In this document: positions 19,741 to 31,269 of the stretch, one piece after another
How positions within the stretch are numbered: the stretch's first letter is position 1
How the letters are laid out: every line of letters starts with the position of its first letter
DNA from: Klebsormidium nitens
Taxonomy: Eukaryota; Plantae; Klebsormidiophyceae
DNA: 64,000 bases
Reading direction: 5' to 3'
Assembly (NCBI GenBank): GCA_000708835.1
Contig: DF237052.1
Coordinates: 124,001 to 188,000, forward strand
Program-made: the position numbers and the translations under genes
The notes under the pieces: generated by a model
Told to the model about the DNA's origin: nothing
The model's input: only the letters and a program-made list of their open reading frames with translations
Databases searched by the model: none

Positions 19741-22700
19741 ATGTCATCGCCGAACAGAAGCCAGGCGCGGCGCAAGTCTGCGGGCTTGCTCAAACACCAG
19801 CTGCAGCTCATCAAGAGAAAGGGCGACCAGGGCACCACGCGCTACGAGATCCAGCCAATCCCAGATACACTCTCCTTCGAGAAGGGTTTCTTCTTGTTCA
19901 TAAGGTCAGTTTGTTGCACTGCTGTCTGTTATGGTGAGGTGCACTTTGTTTGCTCTACGGTGTCACGCAAAGCAAAACCCTTTGTTATTTTCAAAGCATG
20001 ACCAATCAGTCATCAGCATGAGATCACTCTTGACGAAAACATTACTTTCAGTGGTTCAGTTGTTTATGGGGGTGCTTAGGTGAACTTGGTATGGCAACGC
20101 CTTTCCATTCTCGGTTTTTCTGACTGCAAGTGGTGGTTTTGATCATGGTCACGGAAAGCAAGAAGACTAAGTTCCGAGCCTTTCTTTAACTACAATTTTG
20201 AGTCGAGCTCGCGTCGTATCGTCTGTCAACAAATAGAAACTCTTTGAAGTCCAAGTGTATCTCTGGTCTCTGCAGTTCCTTAACGAAAGTGTTTCTAGTG
20301 CTTGACAACCGAGTATGTGGGGCATCAGGTCAGCTACTTGGCATGTCATAATCCAGTCCATTTTGGGACAAGTGACCCAGGCCCTGTTGTGTCAGACGGC
20401 AGTAGCGAAAGTGGCAAACCCTTGCAATGTTTTGAAGCACTCTGACAAAGCTTCACAGAAGTATTGAATCATGGAAAATATAGAAGACTGCTCACGATGA
20501 TGGTTTCTGTCGACCGTAAAGAAGGGAAAATCTGCAATGATTAAAGCGCTTTAGTCAAATCAACGCCTGTAACAGGAAGTTTTGAATCATGAAGAACGTA
20601 TGAGAAGACTGCACGCAGTGGATACTTGGTGCTTCGGGTCTTGACTGTCCCTTTTCAGCCCTGCGTTACCTTCAATACATCTTGAAGCTAGACTCTCGTG
20701 TTGAGAAGCCCTTTTCGAAAGTCAGTTTGCCCTGTTACGTTGTAGTCCAAACGAATGCATCACCGGTCCATACATTGACAACTTTGTCATCCATCTAGGG
20801 ACTTCAAATTTTGCATGAGCATCATCAAACCTTAGAAAGCACATGTTGATGCCTCCTTAATCATACTCATGAAGCGCATCAAGTCTCCTGAAGATCTTGG
20901 CCTCTTCGCAGCCGGCGCGCTGGTGGCAGAAGTGACTCGTTATTGAATCACCAGGTCTGAAAAGCTGTCTCCAGATCTCGCTTGTACACTAACCCTGTTG
21001 CCTAACCAGCTTGGGAACTAACTCTGTCAGTCAACCCAGCTTGCGACTTAACCCTGTCTCCTGACCCCCTTAGGGCGCTCCAGCTGTTGCGGGAGCACAA
21101 TGACGGCGTCCTTTTGGTGGGGCTTGCGGGCCCCTCGGGCGCCGGTAAAACCGTGTTCAGCGAGAAAATCAGCAACTTCATGCCGGGATGCTCAGTGATC
21201 TCGATGGATAACTACAACGATGCGAGCCGATTGGTTGACGGCAACTTCGATGGTGAGTTTTTGTGACACCTACTCTGGTCACCTTCGGTCTGAACGGCTG
21301 AAGTGGTGTTCCCACCCAGTCAGCTTTCGTTTTGAACAACTGTAGTCGCTTTTCCGCCCAGTCAGCTTTTGTTCTGAACGACCGTAGTGGTTTTTCCGCC
21401 CTGAACGCTGGGTAGCGGGTAATCTCGATGAATGGAGTACAGCAATCGAGCTGTTCAGTTGCCTTGACGGTTCACTAGACATTCATCTCGTCGACTCGAA
21501 CTCAGATATTGGAGACGGTTTGCTCAGGCATTACTGGTAGTGGATCAGAAACAGTCTCGTTGTTATGGAGGCCTGGCCTTGAATCTCGCTATTTTTGATT
21601 TAGAAACTAGTAACCTTATGCGAGGTGCGTCGTGCCTTGTCACTGATGTTTATGACAGCACGGGCTGTCTGGTCGGTAGAAAGATCAATGTGGGGTTGTT
21701 TGTTGTTGTTGCCCCCTTCACAAAGTGCGCCTGTTGTAAGGGATCTGGTGACCTCTTTCATTGCAGTAAGGGCCAGTATACGTTTGCCGGACTTTCCACT
21801 GTCCCGTACACTCGTTGTCTTCAACGTAAGGATAATCATGCTCTGCCGTCTGCCACGCAGAGCTCCATACACATGCTTTCTTCAATGTAAAGATACTCAT
21901 GCTTCGCTTATTGCTTTGCAGATCCCCGGTTGACTGATTACACCACTTTGATGGACAATATCAAGAACTTACAGAACGGGCTGCCCGCCGAGGTCCCAAT
22001 CTACGACTTCAAGCAGAGCAAAAGGATTGGCTTCAAGTGAGGAGTCGTCTTACTCTTTGGCTATCTTACAAATACACAATCAAAGATCGCGCCACCTTCT
22101 TGATTATTTGAGATCGGGCCTCCTGTCAGGGCCTTTAAGCTCCTCGACTGTCTCACCTGGGCTTCTCGGCTCTCTCCCTTCGTTGTTCGCCTCGACGGAG
22201 TGTCAATTTCCGAGAAAACCTTGCTGACGTGTCAGTCCGCCATGGCAGGACGGTGGAAGTCCCTTCCGCGCGCGTTGTCATCATTGAGGGCATTTATGCA
22301 CTGTCCGAGAGGCTGCGCCCGATGCTCGACCTCGCCGTTTCCATCACCGGGGGGGTGCACTTCGATCTAGTTAAGCGGGTCTTGCGGGACATCAACCGCT
22401 CGGGACAGGTAAGTCAACTGCGCACCGTTGAACGGCCGGCTTTCTGAAATTAGCTTCTTGCTTTGTAAGCCGTCAAGCGCTCGGAACAGGTGAGCCGAGT
22501 GCGCACCGTCAAACAGCCAGCTTTCCGGAATTGGATAGGAAGTGCTTTTGACATCAGCTCTTTGTCATACGACGCCAAAGCGCCTTACGTCTTCCCTTCT
22601 CTCGTTGATTGTTTCGATCAGAGTGTCCAAAGGTCCGTTTGGGATCCTACTGAGACCATTCCAGATAGGTTGGGGCCTTTTGAAAGAGCTCTCGAAAGGG

Positions 22701-25700
22701 AGCAGCTCGACACGGCCAAAAGTGCCTCCGTGGCGGTCGGCTCCAAAGCTTCTGAAGGTGATTCGTGACAGTCCGTCTGGGGTCCGATTGTAATCCGAAT
22801 TGGAAATTTCTCTTCGTTTGATTTGGGATTGCAGCTGAGTTAGGCAAAACGGTGTGACACGATCGGAGGCGTCCAATCGATGCACCTACTGATTCAACGA
22901 CTGGGACACGAGGATCGCTTCAGAGACTTTGTTTCGTATGCAGGAATTGGAAGGACATTTTTGAGTCGAGGAGCGCAATCCTGAGCCGTATCTTGAGTAC
23001 GTTGACAAACCAACGGTTGTAAAACAAGTTCAGCGTGGTCCAAATTGAGCGCAACCGTTTGCAGGAACCGGAGGACATCATCCATCAGATATCGGAGACG
23101 GTATACCCTATGTACAAGGCGTTCATCGAGCCGGACCTCCAGACAGCGCACATCCGCATCGTCAATAAGTTCAACCCGTTCTCCGGCTTTCAAAACGCGA
23201 CGTACATTCTCAAGGTGGGGTGTCTGTGGGGGGCGTTTTGTAAACTGTCTAAAATGCGAGTTGCCTTTCAGCCGATTCAATTCTTCTCTCCATCGTTTTG
23301 CAGACTATAGAGAGTGCGATGCAATTTTCCTAATGTGCTTGATTGCGGTTGACACGATTGGCCTCCGTGGACTGAAAGTTAGTTACCAGCATCAATCGCC
23401 AACCTGCTTAGCAGCAATCATGTGCAGTCCGCCGGACTCGATCGAATCACATGCATTCTTTCTAGACCTCCGGAGTGTCTTCATTTCGTCTCCACAGTTC
23501 GATTTGTATCATCAGGTTTTCGCTGCTCGTTTCTTGGAGTGTAAGAAGTAACCTCTGTTCTTTCGGTCAAGTTAATCACTCATGGTCTCTCGTTGTCGGA
23601 TTGCAGTCCCAGAAGACGGTGACCCCCTACCAAGTACAACACGAAAAACACCATCTTCGTTTCACTTGCCCGATACAAGCTCCAACTTTCTGAACCTTGA
23701 AACGAAATTTTCACGATCTTCGCCCTTTTGAATCCAGTCCCAGAAGACGGTGACCCCCGACCAGATCCGGGCGGTTCTCCCGCCCAATTGCACCGAGTAC
23801 GTCGAGGAGACGTACGATATCTATCTCTTGCCCCCGGGGGAGGACGCCGAGAGCTGCCAGTCGTACCTGCGCATGCGCAACCGGGACGGCAAGTACAGCC
23901 TCATGTTCGAGGTAGGTCCCGTTCTCTGTAGGTCAATTGACTACTAATGAGATATTTTTTTGATGTGCTGGAATGTCCCTGCGCATGCGCAATCGGGACG
24001 GCAAGTAGAGTCTCATGTTTGAGGTGAGTGGCGTTCTTTATCGAAGCCACTTGAAAAAGCCAGGTTATTTTGAGTTCTGCTGGGTCGTACCTGCGCATGC
24101 GCAACCGGGACGGCAAGTACAGCCTCATGTTTGAGGTAGGTGGTGTTTGCCCCTCTGAGCTTGCGAAGGAGTATTTCCAGCTTGCTGGGTCAGGAACGTG
24201 ACATGAGATTTGCCTGACCCAGTGCGCGCAGCACTTTACGTAGCTGATACTAAGTACATGTGTTCCGATAAATCGGCACCGAGTGCACAGCTTCCGTCGT
24301 AAAAAGCCAATGATTCTTTTCGCGTTTGCATCGATCGATTGTCTCTCACCAAAGCCTCACGATCTGCGAAAGTTTCTTTTTTGAGTGCCGCACCGACTTT
24401 CTTTTGGACGTCCGCAGGAGTGGGTGACGGACGGTCCGTTCATCATCTCCCCACGCATCACGTTCGAGGTCAGCGTCCGCATTTTGGGCGGGCTTATGGC
24501 GCTCGGATACGAGATGGGCGCGATCCTGCGACGTTCCAGCCAAGTGTTCCGGGACGAGACCATCGCCGTCAAAATCGACACCTTCGAGCAACTTCAGCGG
24601 GAATACGTCAACGTGAGTCAAAGGCACTCCTCGCTGTCTCGTTATCCATCTTGAGATGCTGTCTGAGTTGCTCTTTCGCAAAGCGTCCCAGTCTGACGGT
24701 GTCTTTGTTTCAGGAAGGCGCAAGGGCGCATCCGGACGTTGATAGAAGAGACTGGGGAAACGCTGGAGGTGGAAGGACTCTGCTTGTCGCTACGATCAAG
24801 CAAAGACAGCGGGGAATTCCCAGAATTGTTAACGGTTTCCTTTTCAGGTGCAAGGACGCGACCTCTAGTTGGACCGGAAAGGAACGTGCGTGCCGCGGTC
24901 GTGAATCGAGCACAGCGGCAAGCTTTCAGTAGTTGTCCGAAAAACGAACAAGCGAACACAAAGCACAACTCTTCGCCCTTTCAGGTGCAAGGGCGAGATT
25001 CGGCGTGAGTAGAAGAGATTGGCAAGAAGCTGGAGCTTGAGGGGACGTATGTACCTCTGTTGTATATCGAGCAGATGTAGTTGCAAACCCCAAGAAATCG
25101 TTTCATGAAGAATTGATACAAACACTCACACAACTTTTCGCCCGTCAGGTGTGCAAGGGCGCGATCGGGCGTTGGTAGAAGAGATTGGCTAGAAGCTGGA
25201 GCTCGAGGGGACGTCCGTGTCGTGTTCCAAGCAGTAAAATATTCGACGTACGTACCGCGGTCGTATGTCGAACAGATACAGCGGGAAACCGTCAGAAATG
25301 TTCTTGTCAGAACAAGAATCAATGAACACACAATCTTTTGCCCTTTCAGGTGCAAGGGCGCGACCGGGCGTTGGTAGAAGAAATTGGCAAGAAGCTGGAC
25401 CTTTTAGGAACTTGTGTGTCGTGGTCGTACAACGAGCAAATACAGCGGCCATTTCTTGAAAATTATTCTTCAAAGAACAAAAGCAGTCAGATTACACGAT
25501 TTTTTGCCCTTCCAGGTGCAGGGGCGCGACCGGGCGTTGGTAGAAGAGATTGGCAAGAAGCTGAACCTTTTAGGAACTTGTGTGTCGTGGTCATACATCG
25601 AGCAGATACAGCGAGAAACCCTTAAAAATCACTTTTCTAAAGAACAAAACCAATCAAAACTCTTGACTTTCCGCCCTTCCAGGTGCAAGGGCGCGACCGG

Positions 25701-28700
25701 GCGTTGGTAGAAGAGATTGGCAAGAAGCTGGAGCTGGAGGGGACGTACGTGCCGCGGTCGTACATTGAGCAAATGCAACTGGAGAAGCTCACCAAAGAGT
25801 TCCAGCTCGTTCCTGAGGACATCAAACAGAAGCTCGCATCCGAAGACGCATTGGTAGGTTAAATGTCTGTTCTCATTTGTGCTATTCGGTCATTTCTCGT
25901 GTAGTGGTCTTTGACTTTCTTGTCGTCTCTCCGTTTGTTAGTCGGGTTTCTTATCTTTTGTCATCTGCGGTTCCGCTTCTTCCCCACCTGGATTCAGGCA
26001 AAGACTTTGTCTTGCACTTCGCGCATCTGGGTCGGTTTACACACTCTTGGGCTTGTTTCCCTGTGACCATTGTCTTCTTATGTTTCATTTGAGATTACTT
26101 TCAGCTTCTTGGGATTGTCCACCTGGTATTCAAGGACATCGTGTAGAGTCTTGCACCTAAGGACTCGCTAGCGGGTCGCATCTTTTTTCCCTTACGTCAC
26201 TACCTCCGGCTCTGATCCACTATTGCTGCGTTCGTTCCAATCCATCTTGTTTGTTGTTCCTGAGATCATTTCGTCCGTTGTTTCGCTTTCTCTCCGTTTG
26301 ATTGCTTCGTTCTCTTCTATGATTACTTGATTGCGTTCTCTTGTCTAATGTTCTTTGTTTTCTTCTCAGATTGGTATTTATACTCCCTCCTCTTGATTCT
26401 CTGTACGTTTCTCGCTTCATCTCTCAGACTCCTCATATTTCTGCTCCGTGTTTTGCCTCCGCTCATATCTTCCTCCCTTCCTCGCGTCTTGCTTCAGACT
26501 GTCTCCACTTTTCACTGATCCTAGTGTGCCTCCCTATTGGCTGCCTCATTATTGATGTCATAAGCACCACACTCACGAAGCAAATTTGTGTCTTTGCCGC
26601 CTTCCTCCTATCTAAAGCCTTCGGCTCATTGGCACTAAGCCTCCCCTGCAAGCGAGTTTTATATGGAAAATGCGTGCTGACGTGTGCCTGCCACGTGTCC
26701 AGGTGGGCAGCGTCATCAGCAGCCCCAGCATGTCGTGGATTGCGGAGGCGCGGCTGAACCGTGACATCATGGGCCGGAGCGCGCCCGTCATGGCGCACCG
26801 CAACAACCGGTCGCCCACAAAGGCAGGCCAATGTGAGTGGCGTCAGTTAGCGTGATCAGTTTTGTAGGCGATTACGTGATTAGTAACTACACCACTTCCT
26901 CTTTCTCCTTGTTTGATGAAAAAGTAGAGGCGACCATGGACTTCGTAATCCCGGAGCTAAAGCGCATACTGTCCATCCGAATCCCGACATCCTTCTCATC
27001 CTCCTCATGCTGACTTCCTTCTTTTTCCAGTCCGCACAGAGAAGACTGGCCGGGACTGGCCCCCCCAGCTGCACCTGAACTCGTCCAAAGGCTGCCTAAA
27101 GACTTCAAAAGATGAAAACACTGATCCCCATAGTAAACCATAGACCTCCAAACCTTTCTCGTCTCCTTCTGCTGAACCCCCTCTCTTTTTTCCAGTCCGC
27201 ACAGATAAGACTGGCCGGCACTGGCCCCCCCAGCTGCACCTCAACTCCTCCAACGGTAGTTTGGAGAACGTGGAGGAGGGCGGCCATAAGCGCAAGAACA
27301 GCGAGGACGAGTCGTCCCACAACCGGGGTGTGCCCGACTCGCCATTCCTAGTTGGAGCACCCGCGCCGGGCACCAACCAGATCGGAGAGCAGCTACAGGT
27401 GTGAGAAAGTTCCGTACTCCTGAGCTTCTTGTTTGGAGTATTAAGTTCTGCCCTCGATACTTGCATTTCGTAGTCAAAGGAGAGGAGTTATCCATACCGC
27501 CTGCCCTTTCTTGTCGAGCTGCGGACTGTGTCATCATTTCGTGCGTACTCTGGGATAGTAGTAGAAGTCCGAGCAGCCCTTTTTCTACCTTTTTCACCAA
27601 TATGAGTTTGCAGCACGTGTTTTGGCCAGACTCTCCGGCGTGACCTGTCAAAAGGCCCACATTTCGAGTGCCAAATATTCGGTATCTACGAAATAGTCGT
27701 CGAAACTTCTCAAGATTCTGATTATTTTGAATTTTCAGTGACGACTAAAGAGCACTGCACCTTGTGCCACCGTGTCCACGAACGCTCTTGAACCAATCAA
27801 CAAACCTACCACGCAGAGTGAAAATCCTTTAGGCGAATTGTGCTTGCAGAGGCTGAAGGAGGGGTTTAACCAGCCGCTAGACCGCATGCTCGATCTTGAG
27901 CGCAAAGTGACTGTGCCATTCCTTTTGCCATCCTTATTAACCGGATAACCTCGGAACACTACTCTGAAAGCCCACAACTACGACCTCAACATTCTTAGAT
28001 CGAAATCCGAGACTTTCAACCTCTGCAGAGGCTCAAAGAAGTTCAACCCGCTGCTCAAACGAACGCTGGACCGCAGAATGTTGAACCTGCAAATTCAAGC
28101 GCAGTGAATTAAACTCAAAAGCAGTGAGCTATTATGAAGCAACCTCGTAAACACGTGGAATACACAAGCCTCCCTTAAAGGTTGACCTCAATATTCTGAT
28201 TTTCGTGCCTGCAGACGATCAACGAAAAGTTCGACCAGCTGCTTGACCGGATGCTAGACCTCGAGCGGAAAGTCACAGCCTCGACGTCGCCCTCGGCGTC
28301 CCGGGGCACGACGCCGCCCCCGAAGCAGAGATTCGAGGGGCACCCTTTGACAAACGGTGAGCCGTTTCAATAGAAAAGTTGCTGACTTTTCGAAGGTTCC
28401 GTGGTTTTCGCACGGAAGCTCTTCTGTCCTTTTCAATAGCCCTGAGCAGCTATGATCTGAGGAGCACGCTTCGACGACCGGTGAGCCCGTGTTCTTATTT
28501 TCGAGCATTATGTTGTAGACTGCACGGAAGCATCTGTGTTTTTAATTGGTAGCTGTACTGAGAAGCAGAGATTCGAGCGGCACGCTTCGACGATCGTTGG
28601 GCCCGTGTTCTGACAAGCCCTTAGCTGGCTCTTTAGGTCCACTGCTATTCTGCTTGGGACCACTCGTGTTCTTTCACAGCTGCCCTGACGAAAGTTTGCA

Positions 28701-29626
28701 GCTTTTCGACCAATATCCGCTTGCCCCACGCTCCGTCTTCAAAGAGATCCTCGACGAACTTCATTGCACAGCCCAACGCGTGACAAATTCCGTGCTTGAC
28801 CTAGCGTTATCTGCCGGTTATGTCGACTCTAAGCGGGGGATCCCTTTCACAGGCCCCGGGGGAGGTTCCCGGGAGTTGGTGGGCAGTTACCAGAAGAGCC
28901 ATTTGGGGATGCGGGACGAGACGGAGGCCGGAGACTTGTCGGGGCGAGAGCGCAGGGGCATGGAGGCGGAGGGATCCCTCTCCGACGAGGTAGGGTACTG
29001 GCGCATTGTTTTTAATACTCTTTGAGCCACGACAAAGGCTTTCGTTTCGATTGGGGTTGTTGTTTTCGCACCGCTCTAGCCCTTATTTCTGCTGTAGTTC
29101 CTTAAAGTGGAGCATTAGTAGCGGCAACCGTGAAGCGCCATGAACGACTTGTTGGTCGCTTCCATAAAGTCACACTCACATTAACTTGGTTACCGTGCGA
29201 CAATGGAGCAAATGTTTTTTTGCACTCTCATCGCAGGCACATAAGGTCACATGACGGGTCCTAAGATTGACTATGTCGAGCTGCCACTTTCTGCCTGCAC
29301 AGCAACCAGCGCCACATCAGCATACCTGCTGACGTCAGTGCAATAACTTCGTCAATCCCAAGCTGCCTTTTTCCGACCAGGTGCGCCTGCTCGCGCGTGG
29401 CCAGCGCCACATCAGCACGCAGTTGGACGTCCTCAGCGGCGCCGTCCGGGACAATCTGCGCGAGCAGCAGCGGAAAGATTCTGGGACGCAGTACTGGCGA
29501 AAAGGGCACCTATTTACGGAGGGTCTGTGGGAACCAGCGACGGGTGTCGCCATAGTGTCCGGGTCGCTCGCAGTTATCGGGGCGGTCTTTTGGGTATGGA
29601 AGGTAAGGGGCAGGGGAACAACATAG
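19741..29626 (+). CDS. TTM: Triphosphate tunnel metalloenzyme TTM1/TTM2-type (uridine kinase-like domain + CYTH domain + C-terminal membrane anchor), ~721 aa, 13 exons
   Basis: Exons 19741-19904, 21074-21252, 21922-22036, 22249-22408, 23065-23214, 23738-23911, 24418-24612, 25683-25853, 26703-26832, 27196-27398, 28215-28356, 28853-28989, 29381-29626, phase-consistent. P-loop GLAGPSGAGKT, ITGGVHFDLVKRVLRDI, TYILK, ETYDIYLLPPGED, YLRMRNRDGKY, EWVTDGPFIISPRITFEV, LLARGQR and a C-terminal hydrophobic tail match plant TTM1/2. Confidence 0.95.
22478..22533 (+). repeat. Intronic copy of the TTM exon 4 end, donor and intron start
   Basis: Real CGCTCGGGACAG|GTAAGTCAACTGCGCACCGTTGAACGGCCGGCTTTC versus copy CGCTCGGAACAG|GTGAGCCGAGTGCGCACCGTCAAACAGCCAGCTTTC, 81 nt downstream. 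Confidence 0.8.
23601..24141 (+). repeat. TTM exon 6 boundary copies: one acceptor copy and two donor copies
   Basis: CAG|TCCCAGAAGACGGTGACCCC at 23604-23626 (real exon start 23738). CCTGCGCATGCGCAA(C/T)CGGGACGGCAAGTA..CATGTTTGAG|GT at 23978-24029 and 24084-24141 (real donor 23912). Confidence 0.92.
24700..25682 (+). repeat. Array of six decayed copies of the TTM exon 8 acceptor plus first ~100 nt
   Basis: Copy starts after CAG at 24714, 24848, 24985, 25149, 25350 and 25516; functional exon at 25683. Unit 134-201 bp containing GTGCAAGGGCGCGACCGGGCGTTGGTAGAAGAGATTGGCAAGAAGCTG-like sequence. Confidence 0.95.
27021..27091 (+). repeat. Intronic copy of the TTM exon 10 acceptor plus first 60 nt
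   Basis: CTTTTTCCAG|TCCGCACAGAGAAGACTGGCCGGGACTGGCCCCCCCAGCTGCACCTGAACTCGTCCAA versus the real exon starting at 27196. Confidence 0.9.
27843..28600 (+). repeat. TTM exon 11 boundary copies: two acceptor-side and two donor-side
   Basis: TTGCAG|RLKEGFNQPLDRMLDLERKVTV at ~27843-27915 and a more decayed copy at ~28021-28075 (real TINEKFDQLLDRMLDLERKVTA, 28215). Exon-end copies at ~28443-28487 (keeps GTGAG) and ~28562-28600 (donor lost). Confidence 0.8.
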
Positions 29627-30345
29627 CTTAGTGTGGGGCGGATTTCACCGCAAGCTGAGTCTTCAACTCGTATGAGTGTTTCCGGGCTTGGTGGCAAGGA
29701 AGCCGAACTAGATTTTCAGAATCAGGACATGGGGAGACGGTCACAACGGTCAAAGCGCACTTTGCCAGAAAATGATTCAAGAGGTTCAAAGTCATCTGCT
29801 TTCTTTGGAGACTGGTTCATGCGGTTGAGTTCGTGCATCACTTGCGTGCGATATTTATGCATGATGCTTGACATCACTGCAGATTGTGACGCACTTGGTC
29901 TTCATTTCTAAAGGAGCTAATGCATCTGTTTGGAGCCTCAACCGGCAAACCATCGTCGAAGTAAGGGCATGTGTGATGCGACTATAACACACATGACGTA
30001 TTGACCAAGAAGCAAGAGCTATCAAGTATTGATGAAGACTCCGAACAAAGGCGTGACCATGGCCAAGCTTTATTCCCCGCTCCAATGTTCTACTGCCGTT
30101 ACTAGACGGTTGCTGACGTGAAAGGTGCGGAACAGCAGCTGAAACGCTTGAATGCACTGCATGATGCATGAGCATTCAACGGTCCGCCGGCGGCCCATAC
30201 ATACATGCAACAGGCCGCGTCCGCGAGCCGGCGGGGGTCGCCCGCGCCCGGCCATGCCTATCGAAGCTGCATGAATATACACTGACAGTACGTTAAATAT
30301 TTGGTTTGGCAGCTCCCTACTGGCTTGGATCTCCTAAGTTCGTAG

Positions 30346-30442
30346 GCCGGGGGACGGGTAGGGTTGGTTTGGTGGTTAGGGTGGGTAGGGGTGCGGAGCA
30401 CGTGTAGCATTTGGGTTAGGGTTTTAGTTTTGATGACCGGGG
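30346..30442 (+). repeat. Dispersed ~100-bp G-rich telomere-like element, copy 2
   Basis: CCGGGGGACGGGTAGGGTTGGTTTGGTGGTTAGGGTGGGTAGGGGTGCGGAGC...GGGTTAGGGTTTT...CCGGGG. Flanked by TCTCCTAAG (30330-30338) / CTTAGGAGA (30452-30460). Confidence 0.7.
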
Positions 30443-31269
30443 CTTTTGAATCTTAGGAGACAAGCCCCTTTTTGCGAGGCACGGGAGGTGCCAACGTACG
30501 TTACGTTTTAAAGTACGGTTAGGTATCGTGCGGTATTCACCGATCATTCCTCCAATCATTTACTCCCGGTCAGTGGTCATCACCGGACGGGAAAGCGCTC
30601 AGTGCACGGCGGCCCGGCCGTGCGCAAGCCCAGAAGAGCATGCCAGGCCGGCCGGGTCGTCTGACCTTCCCCGGGGCCGGGTTTCCTGTCGGACTCCAAA
30701 GTTCAAACGGCCCGGGGAAGGTTCTTGTCACTTGCGCCTACAGGTGCATTATGTCGTCATCAATGATCAATCAAGCTTGAAGCAATGCTCCTCGCAGCAC
30801 GGTGCGCAGTGCCACTGCGCACGCGGCCACACATCACCGGTGCCACCGGCTGCGGGGCCTTGCACCCGGGTCCCGGGCCCCGGTCACTCGGCGCAGGCGA
30901 ATCGGCACCATGCCATGATGCACAACGCACGTTTAGTATTCTCCCGGTTATTGAAGAGCCATCTGACGTGGTACCCGAATCTCCAAAAATCTCTTGCCTG
31001 CATAATGCTCCCCTCGTCTGACCCACACGCACAGGCTCATGCACAATGCAGTCTCCTGAGTCCTGACTTTGACATCTGCATGTTAGTAGAGCTGCCGTAG
31101 TTGGAAGGTTCTTCAAAGTTCAGCATTTTGATTGTTGGACTTTATATGCAGAGAAGCAGCTGGGTTGGGAAAGGAAGACGGCTTCCCTCAGGTACGGTGG
31201 CCTTCTGTCCACGGTTTCTATTTGCCAGTGAGCCTTTCCAAACCGCAGATCTCACTCCTCACAAGCACA

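Noticed and set aside
24700-25682. Reading the repeat arrays as CRISPR-like repeat-spacer arrays
   Set aside because: The context is a eukaryotic intron, units are copies of the host exon boundary, the between-copy sequences are homologous rather than unique spacers, and no cas genes are present.
24700-25853. Dscam-style mutually exclusive exon cluster in TTM
   Set aside because: Copies cover only the first ~100 nt of the 171-nt exon, lack the matching donor, and carry stops or frameshifts.
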